Origin: an uncultured Anaerolineales bacterium
GTDB lineage: Bacteria > Chloroflexota > Anaerolineae > B4-G1 > SLSP01
DNA: 40,732 bases
Direction of reading: 5' to 3'
Assembly (NCBI GenBank): GCA_964452025.1
Contig: CAYVKR010000002.1
Location: forward strand, 1 to 40,732
Shown: in pieces, positions 34,452-40,732 of the stretch
How the letters are laid out: each line of letters begins with the position of its first letter
How positions within the stretch are numbered: the first letter of the stretch is position 1
The notes under the pieces: generated by a model
Seen by the model: only the letters and a program-made list of their open reading frames with translations
Databases searched by the model: none
Told to the model about the DNA's origin: nothing
Translations under genes and position numbers: made by a program

Positions 34452-35168
34452 TGAACAGCACTCACCCAACGCCTCAGAAAACGTGAGAAGTGAGAACTAA
34501 GTAGGCCAGAAAAAGTATGTTAACAAACGCTCGAAGCCCCCGTCTCCGGGGGCGGTCTCCCTAAGACCGAGACGTTCACGGTTAGCCATCCCCGAGACGG
34601 AGACTAGGAGCAAAAGGTGAATAAGGCTAACGTAAAGAAACTTTTACGGACGTACTTAGCTACCTATCATTTTGTCAGTCGAGGTCTTTGTTTTAATCGT
34701 CATTTCGAGCGCAGTGCCGTTTTCTGGCACGAAAGCCTGCCCTGAGTATGGCCGAAGGGTCGAGAAATCTCACCAGTTCAGAGAAAAATATACAGCGAGA
34801 TGGGGAGATGCCCCGGCCACTGGGCCTCTGGGCCAGGATCTCCATCCCTCGACTACGCTCGGGACAGGCTCGCTTCGGTCAGTCGAAATGACGAAATAGA
34901 TAGCTTGGGATTGTGGGTCCCTGGTATTTCGCCGGGTGGTGGGGAACTTGTCATTCCGAACGTCGTGAGGAATCTCGTTGGTGGGGAACGAGACCCTTCG
35001 CTACGCTCAGGGTGACAATTCAGTGGGGATTTGAGCATATTTACCCGGCGAAATCCAGAAGAGCCAGGATTGTCTCACGCTAAGCCTTGTGAAAGTGATA
35101 GGTAGCCAGAAGTGAGAGTAAGACTTCACGTTTCACGCCCCACACATCAGAGCTTGTTAAAGCATAGC
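34452..35168. repeat. Gene-free island of nested inverted repeats and short dispersed repeats
   Basis: The inverted-repeat pairs are GCTACCTATCA (34659-69) with TGATAGGTAGC (35096-35106), TCGTCATTTCGA (34697-34708) with TCGAAATGACGA (34883-34894), and ATTTCGCCGGGT (34926-37) with ACCCGGCGAAAT (35043-54). There is a GC hairpin at 34536-34553. Heptamer runs lie at 34481-34500 and 35108-35135. The only ORFs are short and repeat-derived. Confidence 0.7.
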
Positions 35169-35328
35169 GGGGATTTCGAAGCGAGTTCGCTGGTGAAAAC
35201 GCCCTCCGTATCGTAGAAACTGCGTAGGCGAAGGCAAGGCAAACGAAGCCGGGGTTGATGCGGGAGGGAAACATGATGGGAAGCCGCCTATGGCGTTTGA
35301 GCCACCCGACAACTGCTTCGTTTGCCCC
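35169..35328 (+). repeat. R2 copy C (full length, ~160 nt)
   Basis: The core is 35238-35326. The invariant 52-nt string at 35251-35302 is identical to copy A. The 5' module differs from copy A at about 6 positions. Confidence 0.85.
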
Positions 35329-35342
35329 TAGCGCCACCCCGG

Positions 35343-35370
35343 TTGTGGCTTCCCCTCCCTGTGTTATACT
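35343..35370 (+). promoter_or_regulatory. Candidate promoter TTGTGG-N16-TATACT with TG extension upstream of the sensor kinase
   Basis: TTGTGG lies at 35343-48 and TGTTATACT at 35362-70. It is only ~16 nt from the ATG, so the leader would be very short. Confidence 0.4.
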
Positions 35371-35385
35371 CTGAGTGAGGTAAAG

Positions 35386-36738
35386 ATGACCACCTTGCGT
35401 GTCTTAGGACATTTCTTTCATGGCCTGACGTTTTTCAGTCTGGGCTTGACCGTTGTTTTCCTGAAGTACCGAAGTCGCCGCATTTTGCTCGCGCGGCGGC
35501 TTTCGTGGCTGGGCGTCTTTGCCGCCTGCGAAGCCCTTTTTGCCTGGAACGATCTGTTGGCCCTAGAGATGCCTCACGCTGTACTGCTACCCGTTGCTAT
35601 CCGCACCGCGATTCTGGCCTTTGGATATGCCTATCTGCTGGCCTTTGGTATCCAGACCTTTTTGCCCCGCGAGATCAGCCACACGCGGCTCAGCCATCTG
35701 CTGTTGGGGATTCAACTGGCCTGGAGCTTTCCCTATCTACTCGCACTTCTCCTGGGCGTGAGCTCCTTCGATAACATCGCGCAATGTACAGAAACGTTGC
35801 TGCGCTACCTGCTGGGTGTGGGCGGTGGGCTGCTGACCAGTTTCGGCATCCGCCGTCAGAGCTACCACACACTCACCCAGGAGGTGCGCGCGCGCATTCG
35901 TCGCTATCTGCGCCTTATCGAGGCGTCGGCGGGACTCTTCGGCATACTCAACGTGATCCTGGTGCCCCACGCTGGCTTTTTCCCTAACACCCTGCTCAAC
36001 CAGGAGGTCTTTCTGACATCGGGACCACTGCTCTGGACGGCGACGGGGCTTTTCTGGGCGTTAGGTCTGGCGCTGACCTTGACCACAGTGCAGACGGAGA
36101 TAGAGCGGTGGATCGAGAACGTGGAACGCATCCAGGCGCTCTCCGCCGACCGCGAACGCATCGGACGCGAGCTTCACGATGGTATCATCCAGTCCATCTA
36201 CGCCGCCGGCCTCATGCTGGAGGGCGTGCAGCACACCATCGACACGGACCCGGAACTAGCAAAAGGGCAGCTCGGTCGCATCATGAAGAGCCTGAATCAA
36301 ACCATCCAGGATATCCGCCGCTACATCTTTGACCTGCGCAGCGACACGCCGGATGAGGATCTGGAGCCTGGCATCCACCAGCTCCTGCGCGATTTTGAGA
36401 TCAACACGCTGCTGCAGACCGACCTAGCGATCCAGGGCAGGCCGCCCAAGCTGTTCACCGTGGAGCGCCGACGACACATTTTCCAGATCGTTCGGGAAGC
36501 GCTGGCCAACACCGCCCGACATGCGCACGCGCAACACGTCCAGGTCGCATTGATTTACGCGCCGGAAGCGCTGGAGCTGACGGTGGCCGATAACGGCGTG
36601 GGGATGGAAGCACTCAAACTCAGCCAAGGACACGGACTGCGTAACATTCGAGAGCGCACCCGGCTTCTGGACGGCAAATTGAAGATCGACAGCGCCCCTG
36701 ATGAAGGGGTGACGTTGCAATTGACGATACCCTACTGA
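35386..36738 (+). CDS. Membrane sensor histidine kinase (HisKA_3 / NarX-DesK type)
   Basis: 450 aa. The N-terminal ~240 aa hold about 6-7 TM helices. It then has the H-box RERIGRELHDGIIQSIYAAGL, the N-box EALANTARHA, DNGVGM and GHGLRNIRER. Confidence 0.88.
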   Translation: MTTLRVLGHFFHGLTFFSLGLTVVFLKYRSRRILLARRLSWLGVFAACEALFAWNDLLALEMPHAVLLPVAIRTAILAFGYAYLLAFGIQTFLPREISHTRLSHLLLGIQLAWSFPYLLALLLGVSSFDNIAQCTETLLRYLLGVGGGLLTSFGIRRQSYHTLTQEVRARIRRYLRLIEASAGLFGILNVILVPHAGFFPNTLLNQEVFLTSGPLLWTATGLFWALGLALTLTTVQTEIERWIENVERIQALSADRERIGRELHDGIIQSIYAAGLMLEGVQHTIDTDPELAKGQLGRIMKSLNQTIQDIRRYIFDLRSDTPDEDLEPGIHQLLRDFEINTLLQTDLAIQGRPPKLFTVERRRHIFQIVREALANTARHAHAQHVQVALIYAPEALELTVADNGVGMEALKLSQGHGLRNIRERTRLLDGKLKIDSAPDEGVTLQLTIPY

Positions 36739-36750
36739 TTGGAGAATAAG

Positions 36751-37416
36751 ATGCTAAGGATATTGATTGTCGATGATCACGAGGTCGTTCGACTGGGGTT
36801 GCGCGCGCTGCTCAGCCGCTATCCCGAATTCACGGTCGTCGATGAAGCCGCGTCGGCAGAGGAAGCGCTGGAGAAAGTACAGCTGCACCATCCAGACGTC
36901 GTGGTCATGGACATCCGGCTGCCCGGCACCGACGGCATTGAAGCCTGCGAGCTGATCAAGGCGGAGATGCCCGAGACTCACGTCATCATGCTCACGTCGT
37001 ACGCAGAGGACGAGATGCTCTTCGACGCGATCAGCGCGGGCGCGGACGGTTACGTGCTCAAACAGGTGGGCAGCGACGACCTGGTGAAGGCCATCCAGTG
37101 CATCGGGCGGGGCGAAGCGCTGCTCGATCCCGCCGTGACCCAGCGCATCCTGGAGCGCGTACGCCTTGCCACCCGGCAGGAGCAGGTCGCCGCCTTCGCG
37201 GATCTGACGGAGCAAGAATTGCGCGTGCTCTCCCACGTCGCCAAAGGTATGACCAACAAGCAGATCGCCAAAGCGCTCTTCCTGGGCGAAGGGACGGTAC
37301 GCAACTACGTCAGCAGCATTCTCTCAAAACTCGATCTGACCAATCGCGCCGAGGCTGCCGCCTACGCCGTACGCCACGGACTGAAAGAGTATCTTGAAGA
37401 ATTCGGGGAGCGTTAA
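36751..37416 (+). CDS. Response regulator, NarL/FixJ family (REC + LuxR HTH)
   Basis: It has [23 protein letters not shown], and the [47 protein letters not shown] chose the ATG at 36751 because GGAG lies 6 nt upstream. The ORF-track start at 36739 is a TTG immediately after the kinase stop. Confidence 0.9.
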   Translation: MLRILIVDDHEVVRLGLRALLSRYPEFTVVDEAASAEEALEKVQLHHPDVVVMDIRLPGTDGIEACELIKAEMPETHVIMLTSYAEDEMLFDAISAGADGYVLKQVGSDDLVKAIQCIGRGEALLDPAVTQRILERVRLATRQEQVAAFADLTEQELRVLSHVAKGMTNKQIAKALFLGEGTVRNYVSSILSKLDLTNRAEAAAYAVRHGLKEYLEEFGER

Positions 37417-37475
37417 CGCCGACCCAGCGCGGACAAGTACAAGCAAACGCACGATACCACGATGGAGTGTGAGAT

Positions 37476-39476
37476 ATGGCAGAGATGAAAACCCCGGTTG
37501 ATACCCTGATTACGGCGAACTACGTCATCACAATGGATGATGCGTACACCATTCACGCGCCGGGAGCGGTCGCTGTCACAGGGCCGACCATCACCGCGGC
37601 GGGTTCCCACGACGAGATCCTTGCTCGCTACAAGGCCGAGGAGCGTGTCGACGCCGGCGACGCCGTCGTCATGCCCGGCCTCGTCAACGCGCACGGTCAC
37701 GCGCCCATGGCGCTGCTGCGCGGTCTGGCAGACGATCTCCGGCTGGACGTCTGGCTGATGGGCTACATGATGCCCGTGGAGAACGACTTTGTCGATCCCA
37801 AATTCTGTTGGCTGGGCACGCAGTTGGCCGCCGCCGAAATGATCCGCTCCGGCACGACGACCTTTCTCGACATGTATTACTTCGAGGAAGCCGTCGCTGA
37901 CGCTGCCGCCCAGGCGGGATTGCGGGCCGTATGCTCCCAGAGCATCCTCAAGTTCCCTGCGCCCGATGCGCCCACCTACGAAGACGCCCTGACGCAGACG
38001 CGCGACTTCATCCTGCGTTGGAACGGACACCCGCTGGTGATCCCGGCGGTGGCGCCCCATGCCCCCTACACCGTCACGCCGCACCTGCTACACGAGGCCG
38101 TGAGCCTGGCCCAGGAGTTCGACGTGCCGCTGCACATCCACATCGCGGAGACCGCACAAGAGGTCGAGGATCACCGCAAGGAATACGGCATGCCCCCGGT
38201 CCCTTGGCTCAAGAAGCAGGGCATCTTCGAGGCAAAAACCTCGGCCGCGCACTGTGTTCACCTGGATGCGGGTGAGATCACCACGCTGACGCACTACAAC
38301 GTCGGCGTGGTCCACAACCCATCCAGCAACCTCAAGCTCGCCAGCGGCATCGCGCCCGTCCACCAGATGTTGGAAAAAGGGCTCAACGTGGGCATCGGCA
38401 CGGACGGCCCCGCCAGCAACAACGACCTGGATATGTTTGAGGAGATGCGGCTGACCAGTTTCCTGGGCAAGGTCGCCACCATGGACCCCACCGCCATTCC
38501 TGCGCGGAAGACGCTAGAGATGGCAACGATTATGGGCGCCCGCGCGCTCCACATCGACGACGTCACCGGCTCCCTGGAACAGGGCAAGCGCGCCGATCTG
38601 ATCGTCGTGCGGATGGATCGGGTGCGGCACGCGCCGACGTACCATCGCGATCCGAACAACGTCTACTCGCGCCTGGTCTACACCGTCCACGCCGAGGACG
38701 TACAGCACTCCATGGTCAACGGGCGATGGCTGATGCGCGATTACCAGCTTCTTTCGCTGGATCCTGTTGAACTGCGGGACGAGGCCAACGAGATGGCCCG
38801 GGAGATCGATATCTTCCTGGTTGAGCGCGAGAAGAGCGTGTTGAGCAAGCTGCTCGCCATCGGCGGCGTCGACCAGGAGAAGACCTTCGAGGTCCAGGTC
38901 AAGGTGCACGAACATGATCTGGACGAGCTCAGGGCGCGCGTCATGAGCACGCTGGAGATTGTCATTCAAAGTGGATCCAAGCGCGACCAGTACGACACCT
39001 ATTTCCTCTTCGACGACCGGTGGTGCAGCGTGCTGCGCTACCGTGAGGACGAGGTTCTGGACGAAGACGGTGAGATCATCGACGCCATCTATCGGCTGAC
39101 GCTGACGACGCAGCGCAAGGAACGTGAGTATGAGAACTCGGTGCTGCTCTCGCGTTCCCGCTTCGACGCGCCGGCCACGCGCAGCTTGCGCTTCTACCGC
39201 GAGTACTTCGATCCAGAGACCGTCATCAAGGTCAAAAAGCACCGTGAGCGCTATCACATCCGCTACGGCAACACGGAGTTCGCCATCAACCTGGATCAGC
39301 TGACAAAGCAAGAGAAAGGCGAACCGTACGCCTATTTCGAGATCAAGAGCCGCACCTGGTCACGCCAGGACGCGGAGCACAAGGCCCAACTGATCGGCGA
39401 GCTGCTGGAGCTGCTGGACGTGCCGCACGAGGCGCTGGTCAAAGAAGAATACGTCCAACTAGTCGAGGGCGAGTGA
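37476..39476 (+). CDS. Fusion protein: MtaD-type amidohydrolase (MTA/SAH/adenosine-class deaminase) + C-terminal CYTH (triphosphate tunnel / class IV cyclase-like) domain
   Basis: 666 aa. Residues 1-~445 carry the amidohydrolase metal and catalytic motifs NAHGHAP, HIHIAET, AAHCVH and GIGTDGPASNN. Residues ~470-666 have CYTH-like landmarks: FEVQVKV (ExQxK at the ExExK position, codons 472-476 = 38889-38903), KRDQYDTYF, LRYRED, FAINLDQL and YFEIKSR. GGAG lies 8 nt upstream of the ATG. Confidence 0.8.
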   Translation: MAEMKTPVDTLITANYVITMDDAYTIHAPGAVAVTGPTITAAGSHDEILARYKAEERVDAGDAVVMPGLVNAHGHAPMALLRGLADDLRLDVWLMGYMMPVENDFVDPKFCWLGTQLAAAEMIRSGTTTFLDMYYFEEAVADAAAQAGLRAVCSQSILKFPAPDAPTYEDALTQTRDFILRWNGHPLVIPAVAPHAPYTVTPHLLHEAVSLAQEFDVPLHIHIAETAQEVEDHRKEYGMPPVPWLKKQGIFEAKTSAAHCVHLDAGEITTLTHYNVGVVHNPSSNLKLASGIAPVHQMLEKGLNVGIGTDGPASNNDLDMFEEMRLTSFLGKVATMDPTAIPARKTLEMATIMGARALHIDDVTGSLEQGKRADLIVVRMDRVRHAPTYHRDPNNVYSRLVYTVHAEDVQHSMVNGRWLMRDYQLLSLDPVELRDEANEMAREIDIFLVEREKSVLSKLLAIGGVDQEKTFEVQVKVHEHDLDELRARVMSTLEIVIQSGSKRDQYDTYFLFDDRWCSVLRYREDEVLDEDGEIIDAIYRLTLTTQRKEREYENSVLLSRSRFDAPATRSLRFYREYFDPETVIKVKKHRERYHIRYGNTEFAINLDQLTKQEKGEPYAYFEIKSRTWSRQDAEHKAQLIGELLELLDVPHEALVKEEYVQLVEGE

Positions 39477-39501
39477 GTCTCACAAGTCATGAGTCAGAAA
39501 G

Positions 39502-39540
39502 CATACGGCATGACTCTTGACTCGTGACTCATGCCGTATG
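39502..39540 (+). other. Hairpin overlapping the annotated start codon of the HD gene, embedded in heptamer repeats
   Basis: CATACGGCATGA (39502-13) pairs with TCATGCCGTATG (39529-40). The loop carries NTGACTC heptamers (39510-39530). The ATG at 39531-33 lies in the 3' arm. Confidence 0.55.
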
Positions 39541-40541
39541 AGCCGATAATGCAACTTCACGATCCAGTCTACGGCGATCTGACGCTTGAGCATCCTCTGC
39601 TGCTTGACCTATATCAGTCGCAGGCAGTGCAGCGATTGGCGGGGATCTACCAGGGCGGCGTGACCGCCTTCATCAAGCCAGAGCGCAACACGACGCGCCT
39701 CGATCACTCGTTGGGTGTCATGGCGCTGCTGCGCCGCCTGGGTGCAGAGATCGAGGAGCAGGCCGCCGGCTTGATCCACGACGTGCCGCATACGGCGTTC
39801 TCCCACGTCATCGATTTCGTCTTTCCCAACCACGCACACACCTATCACGAAAAGCAGCGTGAAGCCTTCATCCGGACTTCTGATCTGCCCAAAATTCTGC
39901 ACGCGCACGGGCTGAACTGGCAGCGGGTCTCTGATGCGGAGAACTACGCTTTGCTGGAGCAGCCGCTCCCCGCGCTCTGCGCCGACCGGCTGGACTATTT
40001 CCTGCGCGACGGGTTGAGCATGGGCTATCTGCCGCACGACGAGATTGATACCGCGCTACATCAGCTGACCGTGCATGAGCAGCGCATCGTCGCCGCGGAT
40101 CAAGAGGTCGCCCGCTGGCTGGGGGAGCGCTTCATGGTATTGGACGACGCCGTCTGGTGCTCCGTGCAAGAGGTGGGCTGGTACGCCATCATGGCCCGCG
40201 CCCTGCGCGCCGCGCTGGAGAGCGGTCTGCTTACCACGGCAGACTTCGACGGCACCGACGAGCCGATAATGGCGCGACTCCGCGCCAGTGAGAACGCCGA
40301 GATCCAGCGCTGGCTCACACTGCTGCGGCGCGACGTCGATTTTGTGCGCGTGGACGTCGCCGACGCCGATCTGGTGGCGCTGCCTAAAGTCCGCGCCATC
40401 GACCCGCCGGTGCTGGACAACGGGCACGTGGCGCCGCTCTCGACGCTGGATCGAGAGTTTGCCCGACAACATCATGCCTACGTGACGAGCAAACAAGGGC
40501 AGTGGGGGTTGAAGATACAAAGTTGGCTCCTTCGAAAATAG
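39531..40541 (+). CDS. HD-domain phosphohydrolase (COG1078 / SAMHD1-like architecture)
   Basis: 336 aa with RLDHSLGV, LIHDVPHTAFSH and CADRLDYFLRD. An alternative start is the ATG at 39549 (MQLHDPVYGDL), which matches the usual N-terminus of this family. Confidence 0.8.
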   Translation: MPYEPIMQLHDPVYGDLTLEHPLLLDLYQSQAVQRLAGIYQGGVTAFIKPERNTTRLDHSLGVMALLRRLGAEIEEQAAGLIHDVPHTAFSHVIDFVFPNHAHTYHEKQREAFIRTSDLPKILHAHGLNWQRVSDAENYALLEQPLPALCADRLDYFLRDGLSMGYLPHDEIDTALHQLTVHEQRIVAADQEVARWLGERFMVLDDAVWCSVQEVGWYAIMARALRAALESGLLTTADFDGTDEPIMARLRASENAEIQRWLTLLRRDVDFVRVDVADADLVALPKVRAIDPPVLDNGHVAPLSTLDREFARQHHAYVTSKQGQWGLKIQSWLLRK

Positions 40542-40550
40542 CGAATGGCG

Positions 40551-40690
40551 AATACTCAAGCATACCTGGTTGCTGGAGTGCCGACAGCTTGTCGGCATGA
40601 CGCTGCCAGCAGGATGCTGGCGCTCCAAAAACCGGCATTTTCGTACGAGGATGGTGTGCGCTCGCACCGGTGTCTCCACTGAAAAAAGGT
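40551..40690 (+). repeat. Second copy of the R1 extension (leader) module
   Basis: It aligns block by block with the reverse complement of 9580-9715: AATACTCAA, hairpins at 40579-40597 and 40605-40621, then CATTTTCGT..GGTGTGCGC..GCACCGGTGTCTCCACTGAAAAAAGG. A 9-nt periodic CRCAGAG repeat follows (40698-40724) up to the window edge. Confidence 0.7.
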
Positions 40691-40732
40691 CAATCTAACC
40701 GCAGAGCACGCAGAGGTCACAGAGATTCTTAG

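Noticed and set aside
34672-35038. ORFs 34672..34899 (+), 34800..35015 (+) and 34853..35038 (-) in the gene-free island.
   Set aside because: Their peptides (VISSAVP..., VIPNVVRNL..., HPERSEGS...) are translations of short dispersed repeat units. No SD is present, and the ORFs overlap each other.
1-40732. Whether the window is a defence island, prophage, integrative element or biosynthetic gene cluster, and whether it holds any tRNA, rRNA, tmRNA or RNase P gene.
   Set aside because: I found no integrase, transposase, recombinase, restriction, Cas, toxin-antitoxin, capsid/terminase or PKS/NRPS-type gene. The content is dominated by universally conserved housekeeping genes. No intergenic segment shows tRNA cloverleaf ends or the conserved cores of tmRNA, RNase P or SRP RNA that I can recognise by eye.

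Overview
This is 40.7 kb of high-GC bacterial chromosome that reads as a core housekeeping region, not an obvious accessory island. I call 31 protein-coding genes. I see no rRNA, tRNA, CRISPR array, transposase, integrase or phage gene.

Gene order:
- smc (-)
- a translationally coupled lipid operon (-): hypothetical, CDP-alcohol phosphatidyltransferase, HX4D acyltransferase
- a 1123-aa GT-C-like membrane protein fused to a six-blade NHL propeller (-)
- metG (-)
- DUF177 and sigA (-)
- acpP and a metallophosphoesterase (-)
- fni and a polyprenyl synthase (+)
- tandem ATP-type and PPi-type phosphofructokinases (-)
- der (+)
- a racemase, a nitroreductase-family gene, and the nusA-ylxR-infB-rbfA-nrnA-truB-ribF array (-)
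- an ECF transporter S/AA'/T operon (+)
- a tightly spaced + strand run: sensor kinase, NarL-type regulator, an MtaD-type amidohydrolase fused to a CYTH domain, and an HD phosphohydrolase

The most unusual content is the following:
1. The kinase/regulator/deaminase-CYTH/HD run is the best candidate for an undescribed protein system.
2. Two families of multi-copy structured intergenic elements occur. R1 is a two-hairpin module with compensatory stem changes, plus a longer leader module. R2 is a 91-160 nt element with an invariant 52-nt core holding an SD-ATG string. R2 always sits upstream of + strand genes.
3. There is a 934-bp gene-free island of nested inverted repeats.
4. An AT-rich 494-bp gap carries a near-consensus promoter far upstream of DUF177-sigA.
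5. A terminator-like hairpin lies in the nusA leader.
6. The extended -10 motif TGTTATAAT recurs.

The repeat style and gene fusions suggest a Chloroflexota-like organism, but that is only a guess. All calls come from reading motifs by eye. No database search, fold calculation or statistics were run.
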